The position numbers and the translations under genes were made by a program. This document shows, in pieces, positions 1 to 8,271 of a stretch of 64,000 bases of DNA (position 1 is its first letter; every line of letters begins with the position of its first letter). Source of the stretch: an uncultured Oscillospiraceae bacterium (GTDB lineage Bacteria; Bacillota; Clostridia; Christensenellales; CAG-138). The DNA is taken from assembly GCA_964411275.1 (NCBI GenBank), contig CAYPKG010000001.1, positions 18,859 to 82,858 on the forward strand, in the 5' to 3' direction. A model generated the notes under the pieces. It saw only the letters and a list, made by a program, of their open reading frames with translations, made no database searches and was not told the origin of the DNA.

Positions 1-910
1 CGAACACATCGTCCGTGACCTCCATCTCCGGCATGCCGAATTTCTCAAATATGCTTTGCCCGATTGTGGTTTTGGTGTCGTGGAAGGAGGGGAGGCAATG
101 CATAAATATCGCCCCGGGCGCGGCTTTCGCCATGATAGTCGCGTTGACCTGATAGGGCTTTAGCTGCTCCACCCGGCTTTGCCAAACATCGTCCGGTTCG
201 CCCATGGACACCCAGATGTCAGTGTAGATTACGTCTGCGTTTGCGGCGCCCGCGTCCACATCCTCAGTGAGGGCGATGGTGCAACCATTTTCCTTGGCAA
301 TGGCCCGGGCGGTATTGACGAGCTCCCGGGCCGGAAACAGCGCCTTGGGTGCGCAGGCGGTGAAGTTCAGCCCCATTTTGGCGCAGCCGATCATAAGGGA
401 ATTGCCCATATTGTTTCTGGCATCCCCGAAATAGGTGAAGTTTACGCCCTTCAGGCGGCCCAGCTTTTCCTCGATTGTGAGCAAATCGGCCAGTATCTGG
501 GTGGGGTGGAACTGATCCGTGAGGCCGTTCCAGACGGGCACCCCGGCATACGCCGCCAGGGTTTCTACAAGCTCCTGGGAATAGCCCCGGTATTCGATGC
601 CGTCATACATCCGGCCCAGAACACGTGCGGTGTCCGCGATGCTTTCCTTTTTGCCCATTTGGGAGCTGCCGGGATCGAGATATGTGACCCCCATCCCTAG
701 ATCCATGCCCGCCACCTCGAAAGCACAGCGGGTCCTGGTGGAGGTTTTTTCAAACAGCAGCACGATGTTCTTCCCCTCGAGATAGCGGTGGGGCGTTCCA
801 TTGCGCTTCATATTCTTAAACTCCCGGGAAACGTCCAGCAAATAGCGCATTTCATGGGGTGTATAGTCCAGCAGCTTCAAAAAATGTCTTCCCCGAATAT
901 TGACCGGCAT
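1..910 (-). CDS. argF: Ornithine carbamoyltransferase, about 303 N-terminal codons; the 3' end runs off the window
   Basis: Absent from the ORF track because there is no in-window stop. My reverse translation from the ATG (complement of 908-910) gives [25 protein letters not shown]...[18 protein letters not shown]...[13 protein letters not shown]...[19 protein letters not shown] and HCLP are the classic OTCase signatures. Anabolic argF versus catabolic arcB cannot be decided from sequence alone. Confidence 0.9.
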   Translation of the reverse strand, partial: MPVNIRGRHFLKLLDYTPHEMRYLLDVSREFKNMKRNGTPHRYLEGKNIVLLFEKTSTRTRCAFEVAGMDLGMGVTYLDPGSSQMGKKESIADTARVLGRMYDGIEYRGYSQELVETLAAYAGVPVWNGLTDQFHPTQILADLLTIEEKLGRLKGVNFTYFGDARNNMGNSLMIGCAKMGLNFTACAPKALFPARELVNTARAIAKENGCTIALTEDVDAGAANADVIYTDIWVSMGEPDDVWQSRVEQLKPYQVNATIMAKAAPGAIFMHCLPSFHDTKTTIGQSIFEKFGMPEMEVTDDVF

Positions 911-942
911 AATCGGTTCCCCCTTGGTAAAAATGTACTCCA

Positions 943-971
943 ATTATATGACAGATGCATAAACATGTCAA
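943..971 (-). promoter_or_regulatory. Sigma-A type promoter for the OTCase gene
   Basis: On the minus strand: TTGACA (complement of 966-971), a 17-nt spacer, then TATAAT (complement of 943-948), about 30 nt upstream of the ATG. Confidence 0.6.
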
Positions 972-991
972 TTATATTCATAAAAATACAT

Positions 992-1879
992 TCATCCAAG
1001 ACCCAGCAGCTTTGCGGCAGTGGCGACGATGAAACAGCACAGCATGCCCATGATGGTTGGGACGAGGAAGGAAATCCCGGTCCATTTCAGGCTTTGGGTT
1101 TCCTTGTGAATGGTAATGAGGGCGGTGGAGCAGGGCCAGTGCATGAGGGAGAACAGCACTGTGCAGATGGCTGTCACCCATGTCCAGCCATGATCTACCA
1201 ATAGCGTGCGTAAGGCCTCCATGCTGTTTAGCTCCATGAGGCTCCCGCTCATGGTATAGGCCATGATGATGATGGGGATGACGATTTCGTTTGCGGGAAA
1301 GCCCAGAACGAACGCCAGGAGTATCACGCCGTCCATGCCCAGAAGCCTGCCAAAGGGGTCTAAAAATCCGGCACAGTGGGAGAGGAGGGTAGTGCCGCCG
1401 ACGCTGAGGTTTGCCATCAGCCACAGAAGAAGCCCGGCGGGGGCTGCCACCGCCGCCGCCCGGCCCAGCACGAACAGCGTCCTGTCCACGATAGAGCGGA
1501 CGATCACTTTCCCGATTTGGGGCCGCCGGTATGGGGGCAGCTCCAGCGCGAATGAGGATGGAATGCCCTTTAATATGGTTTTAGAAAGCAGCAGAGACAT
1601 GAGAAATGTCATGCCGATCCCCAGGACGATGACCGCGGTCAATAAAAGGGCGGATATGAGGGTACCGCCAAGGCCCGTGATGCTGCCCACGAAAAACAGG
1701 CTGATGAGGGTTAAAATCATGGGAAAGCGGCCGTTGCAGGGCACGAAGTTGTTTGTAATGATGGCGATGAGCCGTTCCCTGGGGCTATCGATAATGCGGC
1801 AGCCTACGATCCCTGCCGCGTTGCATCCAAACCCCATGCACATGAGCAGGGGAAATAAGGATACCGTTTTTATTTTTGA
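992..1879 (-). pseudogene. feoB: FeoB (ferrous iron transporter) C-terminal membrane fragment; the 5' part including the G-domain is missing
   Basis: The 283-aa track ORF starts MCMGFGCNAAGIVGCRIIDSPRERLIAIITNNFVPCNGRFP, which is the conserved gate region of FeoB, followed by multiple TM segments. The FeoB-like frame extends only 12 more codons upstream (SKIKTVSLFPLL) to the TAA at 1880-1882. No GTPase domain or feoA is present anywhere in the window. Confidence 0.7.
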
Positions 1880-3097
1880 TTACCAGCTTACCCACTTGGG
1901 CACCAGACCTTCTACGGTGATGTCATACGTTACCTTGATATACCCCTGATAATAGTGCGCTGGCCCGTTTATCCCGCACCACAAGGTAATCTGATCGGTG
2001 GACGGACCGCGATCGCTCCAATATTCCGCGTAATCGATAAAAACGGGCATATCCCACAGCTGAAACATCGTTGCAAGCTCGCCGGACGTTTCATTTTTTT
2101 TAATGAAATCCAGGACGTCCCCCACGGTGGTTTCGTACCACCAGGAAAAATCGTCTACACTCAGGGGCAGTTCTTGTTCCAGAATTGGGAATGTCAAAAA
2201 AAACTCCTTTTTGCGAACCTTTACCATCATGGTCAAATCTTCCTCATGGCCGGGGGCGATATAAAGCTCCTCGAGCCGGTCTTCGTGAATCCGATAGAGT
2301 TCCCAGGATTCCCATGTGCCAATGCCATTGGTTACTGTCTGATGGGAAAGAAATAGCATTGTTTCACGTCCTTCCCCGTTTCTGCCAACGACACGCCGTA
2401 AAAATGGACTCGGTTCATCCAACCCGGCGTACGGCATCCCCTGATAGCTATAACGAAGATAATCTTTACGGATGACATGCTTTGTATCGTTGATCCAAAT
2501 TTCCAGGTTGCCGGTATACCGAAGCTCTACATCCATTGCTGCCCCGCGGCGTGTCCACGTGAAAGCTTGCAGCAATTTTCCTTGCGGCAGCATCTCAAAG
2601 CGCAGTTCTCCATTGCGGTTCTTTATCTCAAACACCAGCGGGTTTTCCACCTGGGCAGGTAATTTCCAGCATTCCTCATAGTTATCTTCATTGAATAACG
2701 CGGAACAGAAAAGCTCCGTCTCTTCATCAAACCAGACGAGATAGCTGAGTGTCTGATCATCGAAATGGACTTGAATACACCCGCCGGACCAAATTTTATC
2801 TTCCTTATCGAAAACCGCAGGTTGCGCTCTGCTAATATAGTCCGCAAAATAGTCCTGCAGCGCCTGATCAATGGGCAGTTTATGCATTCCGCTGTCTGGA
2901 ATGTCCCAGATATATGCCGTAATGGCCCTCGCATTCGTCCCGTATGGAAACGCGCCCGGCGCGGGGGTTTCCTGGGCGTTTTTTGCGTCTTTCACGGGTG
3001 GTGTCGGTTTCATCTGTGTTGGAGCGCAGGCAAACAGTATGCAACAAATGAAAATAATGATCAAGAATGCCGTTATATGATGATGATATTTCTTCAC
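1880..3097 (-). CDS. Hypothetical lipoprotein (405 aa)
   Basis: GTG start preceded by AAGGAGA. The N-terminus MKKYHHHITAFLIIIFICCILFAC has a signal peptide and a lipobox Cys. I recognise no domain. The region is AT-richer than its surroundings, and a TATAAT lies upstream at about 3128-3133 on the minus strand. Confidence 0.7.
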   Translation of the reverse strand: MKKYHHHITAFLIIIFICCILFACAPTQMKPTPPVKDAKNAQETPAPGAFPYGTNARAITAYIWDIPDSGMHKLPIDQALQDYFADYISRAQPAVFDKEDKIWSGGCIQVHFDDQTLSYLVWFDEETELFCSALFNEDNYEECWKLPAQVENPLVFEIKNRNGELRFEMLPQGKLLQAFTWTRRGAAMDVELRYTGNLEIWINDTKHVIRKDYLRYSYQGMPYAGLDEPSPFLRRVVGRNGEGRETMLFLSHQTVTNGIGTWESWELYRIHEDRLEELYIAPGHEEDLTMMVKVRKKEFFLTFPILEQELPLSVDDFSWWYETTVGDVLDFIKKNETSGELATMFQLWDMPVFIDYAEYWSDRGPSTDQITLWCGINGPAHYYQGYIKVTYDITVEGLVPKWVSW

Positions 3098-3214
3098 TGC
3101 AATCTCCTTAATGAAATGATACTTGTATTATAACAGGATTGAAATGCAAAATGAAATAGTAAGCGCATAAAGGGTCTTATTTCTATTTACCAACCATGGG
3201 TTCGTCTATCACAA

Positions 3215-4747
3215 TCATGCCGGATTAAACCGATACCGGATTTTGATCCTCTGGTATTTCAGGCCATCTTTATAATGGCCTTGGGAAATCTCGATTTTGT
3301 CCACGCAGGCCGCCAAAATGGCGGGTGTCAGGGCGGCAAGGGGGAGGGGGAGCGCCATTGACAAATCACACTCTGGGGCGGGCGGCGTGAGAAGGGTTAT
3401 CTTTGCATTTAAGTCCGCCTGCTCCGCCTGAAACCTTCTGAGCAGTTGAAGAAATTGCGCTTCCTCCAATTGTCCGCCGATGCGATCCTCATACAAGCGC
3501 TCCACGATGCGTTCCACCCGGCGCAAGCGCTCAAGGAGCTTACCTCGGGCGGCATCGCCGGTTTTGCTTTGGGCGGTTTGATCCGCTTGGGAAAGGGCCC
3601 GCCGCTCCCGGTCGCTGGGCGCAAGCAGTACATTCAGCTCTTGTAGCACAACCTGGTACAGGGCATCATAATCCATGAAATGATTGCTGCATGCATCCCG
3701 GCCGTTGAGCTTATACTGTCCGCATGCGAGATTATACCGGGCGCCCTTTTTGTTGGAGGCGCTCAGCGACATGGCGCGGCCGCAGTCCGCGCAGAAAACC
3801 AGCCCAGCGAACACATTTTGAAACGTACCCTTTGCCGGACGCCTGCGCACACCCACCGCCCGCCTTGCCCGGTCGAACAAGGCTTGGCTTACGAGGGGCG
3901 TATGCATATCGGGCACCACAATCCAATCCTCCCGGGGCTTACGTTTTACCTGAGGGCTTTTGAAGGAAAGCTTCGTGGTTTTTCCCTGGACGATGTGACC
4001 AAGGTACACGGGGTTTCTGAGTATTTTAGCCACGCCGGTTCCTGTCCAGCCAGCGTTGGCTTTTACAGGAGCAGCCGGCCCTCCCGTGACAGCCCGATAC
4101 TGTAGCGGCGGCAGAATGCCCCGAAAGTTTAAATCCCCCGCGATTTCCCCGGTGGTGCGCCCGTTCGCTGCCTGCTGAAATATATCCAGCACCACTGCCG
4201 CAGACAAAGGGTCGGGCATGAGCTGATTTTTATTTTCCGGATTTTTTTGATAGCCGTAGGGGGCAAAATTGCCGATATAGGCGCCTTCCAGCATCTTTGT
4301 GCGCAGGGCGCTGCGGATTTTTTTTGACGCGTCCCGGGCGTACAGCTCGTTGACGATGTTTTGAAAAGGCGCAAGGGCCGTGCCTGGGCCCTCTGTGTCA
4401 AAGCCGTCGTTTACGGCGATGACCCGCACCCCTTTGTCGGGAAAATATAGCTCCGTATACTGTCCGGCGGCGATATAGTCCCGGCCCAGCCGGGAAAGAT
4501 CCTTTGTCAGCAGCAGATTGACCCGTCCGGCTTCAACATCACGAATGAGCCTTTGCCAGCCGGGCCGGTCAAACGTGGTGCCGGAATAGCCGTCGTCCAC
4601 GTATTCTTGATACACCAAATAGCCATGCTGCGCGGCATAAGCCTGGAGCAGGGCGCGCTGGTTTTGAATGCTTTCGCTTTCGCCCCCCGCATCGTCATCT
4701 TTTGACAGGCGCAGGTAAAGGGCGGCACGGTATGCTTGTGGCATCAT
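3215..4747 (-). CDS. Large serine recombinase (resolvase/invertase N-terminal domain, recombinase domain, zinc-ribbon)
   Basis: Begins MMPQAYRAALYLRLSKDDDAGGESESIQNQR...YVDDGYSGTTFDRPGWQ...LLLTKDLSRLGRD, with the catalytic Ser in the YLRLS motif. A Cys cluster (FCADCGRAM...LACGQY...CSNH) and a coiled-coil tail follow. The start was moved from the track ORF (4846) to the internal MM at 4747. Confidence 0.9.
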   Translation of the reverse strand: MMPQAYRAALYLRLSKDDDAGGESESIQNQRALLQAYAAQHGYLVYQEYVDDGYSGTTFDRPGWQRLIRDVEAGRVNLLLTKDLSRLGRDYIAAGQYTELYFPDKGVRVIAVNDGFDTEGPGTALAPFQNIVNELYARDASKKIRSALRTKMLEGAYIGNFAPYGYQKNPENKNQLMPDPLSAAVVLDIFQQAANGRTTGEIAGDLNFRGILPPLQYRAVTGGPAAPVKANAGWTGTGVAKILRNPVYLGHIVQGKTTKLSFKSPQVKRKPREDWIVVPDMHTPLVSQALFDRARRAVGVRRRPAKGTFQNVFAGLVFCADCGRAMSLSASNKKGARYNLACGQYKLNGRDACSNHFMDYDALYQVVLQELNVLLAPSDRERRALSQADQTAQSKTGDAARGKLLERLRRVERIVERLYEDRIGGQLEEAQFLQLLRRFQAEQADLNAKITLLTPPAPECDLSMALPLPLAALTPAILAACVDKIEISQGHYKDGLKYQRIKIRYRFNPA

Positions 4748-4875
4748 ACCTGATCTACGGCGTTTGATAAAGCTTGCATCATCATGTGCAGCAGATGGAG
4801 CTTGGTTTCCTCCGGCAGGAATTCCCGTTCCACCGTGATGACGCAACCTGCTTCCTCATACATGGCGATGGACAT
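4744..4875 (-). CDS. Possible 43-aa small ORF translationally coupled to the recombinase
   Basis: My translation is MSIAMYEEAGCVITVEREFLPEETKLHLLHMMMQALSNAVDQV. Its TGA overlaps the recombinase ATG (ATGA). The SD is weak (GGGGG). It is too short for the ORF track. Confidence 0.25.
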   Translation of the reverse strand: MSIAMYEEAGCVITVEREFLPEETKLHLLHMMMQALSNAVDQV

Positions 4876-4914
4876 AAAAACACCCCCGCAGTAACCTATG
4901 CGGGGGCGCTTTTG
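4876..4914 (-). terminator. Rho-independent terminator after kynU
   Basis: A 7-bp GC stem (CCCCCGC 4883-4889 / GCGGGGG 4900-4906) is followed on the minus strand by a T-run (complement of 4876-4880). It begins 11 nt downstream of the kynU stop. Confidence 0.6.
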
Positions 4915-4924
4915 TCCTATTCCC

Positions 4925-6205
4925 TTACGCTATGGTTCCCCGTTCGCCGGAGAAGGCCTCGTAAGCCCTGGTCTGCATAATATCCACCAGGATGTCCACG
5001 AGATTGTACACATCGGTATAGCTGCAGTAGAGCGCCACCGGCGCCAAACGGATGACGTTGGGCGCGCGGAAGTCAGGCACCACGTTACGGGTTTTCAGGG
5101 CTTCGTTGATGCGTATGGCGTCGTCATGCTCCAGCGCCACATGCCCGCCCCGCCGGGCGTCGTCCCGGGGATTGCCCACGGTGAACCCGTATTTTGAGAG
5201 CCGCTCATCGATGAGATACATGAGATACCTGGTGATTTTCAGTGACTTTGCCCGGACATCCGCCATGGAAAGCCCTTCGTAAATATTGAGCGCCCCCTCC
5301 GTCGCGGCCATGCTCAGCACAGGCTGGGTGCCGGTCTGCCAGCCGCCCGCGTTCATCACAGGCTCAAACTCCGGCAAAAGATCAAACTGGGTATCCTTGC
5401 GGTTGCCCTGCCAGCCCGATAGTCCCGGCATAACGCCGAAATGCCTCTGATTGATGTACAACCCCGCGATGGCTCCGGGGCCGCCGGAAAGGTATTTGTA
5501 ATTGCACCATACTGCAAAGTCGCAGTCGATGGCCTTGAAATCATGATCCACCGCACCGATGGAGTGGCAAAGGTCGAACCCGATTGTTATGCCGCGCTTA
5601 TGGGCTTCCTGGGTCAGCCATGCCATGTTCAATAGCTGGGAGCTGCGGTACAGCACCGCGGGCAGGAGTATGAGGGCCACGTCCGGCGTCATAGCGGCGA
5701 TCACATCCTCCTCCAGGATCATGCGGCCGTCCCGGCTTTTTACCACCTTGACGGCTTGCGCCGGGTCATATCCTTTCAGGCGTACCTGGCTTGCCACGGC
5801 GTAGCGGTCGGTGGGGAAGTTCAGCTCGTCTACGAGTATTTTATACCGCTCCTTGGTGGGATGATAAAACGTGGCTACGCATTGATGGATGTTGATTGTG
5901 GTGTTGGTGCAGACGGTACATTCATCCGCATCGGCGTTGATGAGCTTGGCGAGCTTTGCGCCTAAAATATCCTGATACAGGAAATAATCGGTGGCAGCGC
6001 CGCTCCATATGCCGATGCCGTAGGTTTTCCAGTCGGACAGCGCCCTTAATACCGCTTCCTCCGCATCCTTTGAGCAAAGGCCCAGGGAGTTGCCGTCCAT
6101 ATAAATCTGCTCTTCCTGGATGTAAAAACGGTCGCGTACCGGACTTAACGCGTCCTGCTGATCCAATAACGCCGCGCAATCAGGGTGTATGGTAAAAGCG
6201 TCCAT
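4925..6205 (-). CDS. kynU: Kynureninase-family PLP enzyme (426 aa)
   Basis: Full-length similarity to kynureninases, including WCNYKYLSGGPGAIAGLYI (the PLP-lysine motif in YKYL) and the N-terminal RDRFYIQEEQIYMDGNSLG. Confidence 0.8.
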   Translation of the reverse strand: MDAFTIHPDCAALLDQQDALSPVRDRFYIQEEQIYMDGNSLGLCSKDAEEAVLRALSDWKTYGIGIWSGAATDYFLYQDILGAKLAKLINADADECTVCTNTTINIHQCVATFYHPTKERYKILVDELNFPTDRYAVASQVRLKGYDPAQAVKVVKSRDGRMILEEDVIAAMTPDVALILLPAVLYRSSQLLNMAWLTQEAHKRGITIGFDLCHSIGAVDHDFKAIDCDFAVWCNYKYLSGGPGAIAGLYINQRHFGVMPGLSGWQGNRKDTQFDLLPEFEPVMNAGGWQTGTQPVLSMAATEGALNIYEGLSMADVRAKSLKITRYLMYLIDERLSKYGFTVGNPRDDARRGGHVALEHDDAIRINEALKTRNVVPDFRAPNVIRLAPVALYCSYTDVYNLVDILVDIMQTRAYEAFSGERGTIA

Positions 6206-6347
6206 AAAGAAGTCCTCCTTATAATAGATCAGAATAATAGATCAGGTACATATTTTTATCATAGCGCATTCCAGGGAGAAAGCAAGCACCCAGCTGGGAA
6301 AAACAGCGTATTATGATAGGAAATGTCATATGTAGGAGGGCGACCGC

Positions 6348-6770
6348 ATGGAACAAAATGTAAATACGACACCGGGAGGCAGGTCAATCTGGCAATTTCC
6401 GGAAGAAACCCCACAAACCACGGCCCGGGGCATGATGGGACAGCAGCCGATGAGGAACATGCCCCAGCTGACGGCGAGGCGAAGCCCACAACTGGACGGC
6501 CGGGAGATGCCGGAGGCGCTGGCCGAGGCTACCGGGCGGTTTATCCAGGTGTGGTTTTTAATCGGAACCAGCGCGATGCAAAGCGCGATGGGGATACTGG
6601 AAACGGTAGGGAACAGCTTTTTAACGCTGAATGACCCATGCACGAATGTGAAAACCACGTTTGATTTCTATTCGCTAAAGGCATGGAGCGTGTATCCTGC
6701 GGGCATGCCGAACATCAGTGAGTATTGTGGGACGCGAATGACCAGGGACAATACTATGATGCCGCAATAG
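6348..6770 (+). CDS. Hypothetical protein (140 aa)
   Basis: A good RBS (AGGAGGG 7 nt upstream of the ATG). No recognisable domain. The N-terminal part is low-complexity and Gln/Pro/Met-rich. Confidence 0.5.
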   Translation: MEQNVNTTPGGRSIWQFPEETPQTTARGMMGQQPMRNMPQLTARRSPQLDGREMPEALAEATGRFIQVWFLIGTSAMQSAMGILETVGNSFLTLNDPCTNVKTTFDFYSLKAWSVYPAGMPNISEYCGTRMTRDNTMMPQ

Positions 6771-6797
6771 GGGGCAAAAAACCGCCGTCGGATCGCT

Positions 6798-6846
6798 GTA
6801 GCGCTCAGTGCTTTTATAATTATTCTTTGTATGCATTGAGCGCTAC
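6798..6846 (+). terminator. Long hairpin, possibly the terminator of the 6348-6770 gene
   Basis: A perfect 10-bp stem (GTAGCGCTCA 6798-6807 / TGAGCGCTAC 6837-6846) is followed by the T-rich CCCCTTTTGGTTTCTTTT. The loop is unusually large (29 nt, AT-rich). Confidence 0.4.
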
Positions 6847-6909
6847 GCCCCTTTTGGTTTCTTTTCAGCGCTGATGCCCAGTATTTCTACGTTTTTCTGA
6901 TATTCCGGT

Positions 6910-6938
6910 TTGACAGAGCAGGGCGTTTGTGATAAACT
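6910..6938 (+). promoter_or_regulatory. Sigma-A type promoter of the rplU operon
   Basis: TTGACA (6910-6915), a 17-nt spacer, then TAAACT (6933-6938). Confidence 0.6.
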
Positions 6939-7030
6939 CATCCGGTGAGCCGCGCTGTGACGGCGTTTTAACATGTGCATTTTGCACAGGCCGGACATGG
7001 GCGAGACTGGTAAGAGGAGGTAGCAAACGT
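6939..7030 (+). promoter_or_regulatory. Structured 5' leader of rplU (in the position of the Firmicute L21-leader autoregulatory RNA)
   Basis: About 90 nt between promoter and RBS with hairpins, for example GTGCA-TTT-TGCAC. Assignment to the L21-leader family rests on position only; no covariance model was run. Confidence 0.35.
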
Positions 7031-7336
7031 ATGTATGCGATCATTCAAACGGGTGGCAAGCAGTACAAGGTGGAGGCCGGTGACGAGGTTATCGTTGAAA
7101 AGATCAACCTGGAACCCGGCGAGGAAATCGCCTTTGATGTGCTGTTGGTATCCGATGATGCCGGCGTAAAGGTGGGCAAGCCCATCCTGGACGGCGTAAA
7201 GGCAAACGCGAAGGTTGTGGAGCATGGCAAGGGTAAGAAGATTGTTGTATTAAGGTACAAGCCCAAAAAGAATTACCGCAAAAAGCAGGGACACCGCCAG
7301 CCCTTCACGAAGGTTGAAATCCTGTCCATTGGGTAA
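7031..7336 (+). CDS. rplU: 50S ribosomal protein L21
   Basis: [20 protein letters not shown]...; RBS AAGAGGAGG. The track ORF start at 6929 was rejected as an upstream extension. Confidence 0.95.
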   Translation: MYAIIQTGGKQYKVEAGDEVIVEKINLEPGEEIAFDVLLVSDDAGVKVGKPILDGVKANAKVVEHGKGKKIVVLRYKPKKNYRKKQGHRQPFTKVEILSIG

Positions 7337-7342
7337 AAAACC

Positions 7343-7672
7343 ATGATTAAGGTGTGTATGCTCCGGGAAAATGGCCTGACGGTGGGGTTTTACATGGAGG
7401 GGCACGCGGGTTACGGTGAGTATGGCGCGGACATCCTTTGCAGCGCGGCCTCAGCCATCGCGCAAACGGCGGTGATGGGACTGACAGAGCGCATCGGAGT
7501 TAACCTGGCGCTGTCCATCGATGAAGAGACCGGCATCCATTGCGTCCTAGAGAAAGGGGAAACCCGCCTTATGGAGGCGGACTTGATCCTCACGACCATG
7601 GAGTTGGGCCTTCGATCCTTAGAAGAGTCTTATGGAAAAGAATACCTCGACATTACGGAAAGGGAGGTGTAA
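7343..7672 (+). CDS. prp: Ribosomal-processing cysteine protease Prp (YsxB/DUF464)
   Basis: Sits in the conserved position between rplU and rpmA. Contains the [19 protein letters not shown] motif with the catalytic His/Cys pair. Confidence 0.9.
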   Translation: MIKVCMLRENGLTVGFYMEGHAGYGEYGADILCSAASAIAQTAVMGLTERIGVNLALSIDEETGIHCVLEKGETRLMEADLILTTMELGLRSLEESYGKEYLDITEREV

Positions 7673-7676
7673 CGCT

Positions 7677-7967
7677 ATGATGATGAATTTGCAGCTATTC
7701 GCTCACAAAAAGGGCGTTGGTAGCTCTCGTAACGGCCGGGACAGCCAGTCGAAGCGTCTGGGGCCCAAGCGTGCGGACGGTCAGTTCGTACTGGCAGGCA
7801 ACATTCTGGTTCGGCAGCGCGGCACTCATTTCCACCCCGGCAACAACGTGGGAATCGGCAAGGACGATACCCTGTTTGCCAAGGTGGACGGTGTGGTTCG
7901 CTTTGAGACCAAGCACAACAAACGCAAGCAGGTCAGCGTGTATGCGCAGGAGGCTGCGGCACAGTAA
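7677..7967 (+). CDS. rpmA: 50S ribosomal protein L27 with a Prp-cleaved N-terminal extension
   Basis: [29 protein letters not shown]...; RBS AGGGAGGTG at 7661-7669. The track start at 7632 was rejected. Confidence 0.95.
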   Translation: MMMNLQLFAHKKGVGSSRNGRDSQSKRLGPKRADGQFVLAGNILVRQRGTHFHPGNNVGIGKDDTLFAKVDGVVRFETKHNKRKQVSVYAQEAAAQ

Positions 7968-7976
7968 CAAAAAAGC

Positions 7977-8015
7977 GGCGGTGCGACGATAATTTGCGTT
8001 GCACCGCCATTTTTA
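7977..8015 (+). terminator. Rho-independent terminator of the rplU-prp-rpmA operon
   Basis: GGCGGTGCGACG / CGTTGCACCGCC stem (7977-8008) followed by TTTTT. Confidence 0.7.
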
Positions 8016-8271
8016 TATGAAAAAAATCCCAAATGAACCATTCATTCTCATGACCAAAGAGTAAATATTATATGTACAGCGTATGACAGATGTATTGCAT
8101 GGGTGATAAAACCCCCTAAACAGGAGGTTTTTGTTTTGGTTCCAAGAAATTTGCTGGGAAAAACAGGTCCGCTTACCGGTCAATAACCATTGTTCCTTTC
8201 ATCTAAATCACCGAAAATGAGGGTGCGGCAAGCAAAAAGGGCTTGCATGATGGATAGGAGGTATGATTGAA

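Larger units (their letters stand above)
1844..4914. mobile_element. Putative integrated element or remnant: lipoprotein gene plus large serine recombinase
   Basis: It contains a large serine recombinase gene and a lipoprotein gene of visibly lower GC. It abuts the truncated feoB on one side and the kynU terminator on the other. The boundaries are inferred and no att sites were identified. Confidence 0.4.

Noticed and set aside
179-700. 173-aa + strand ORF at the window start
   Set aside because: It lies antisense to a clearly recognisable ornithine carbamoyltransferase (STRTR/HPTQ/HCLP motifs) read on the minus strand. It has no RBS and no recognisable domain.
966-990. Possible ArgR/AhrC ARG boxes (TGAAT half-sites) overlapping the argF promoter
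   Set aside because: The best alignment to the 18-bp ARG box consensus matches only about 11 of 18 positions. That is too weak to call without a PWM scan.
6929-7030. Upstream extensions of track ORFs (rplU 6929, rpmA 7632, phoP 16899, phoR 17509, lexA 33314, PBP 40109, topA 50350, trmFO 52637, hslV 54146, SleB-like 56058, pdp 57116, polA 59610, SLT 62757)
   Set aside because: In each case a downstream ATG matches the conserved protein N-terminus and has a proper GGAGG-type RBS. The extensions overlap the preceding gene or a leader and have no homology.
7677-7703. Extra N-terminal residues MMMNLQLFA on L27
   Set aside because: This is not an annotation error or a novelty. It is the known Prp-cleaved propeptide of Firmicute L27, and it is consistent with the prp gene immediately upstream.
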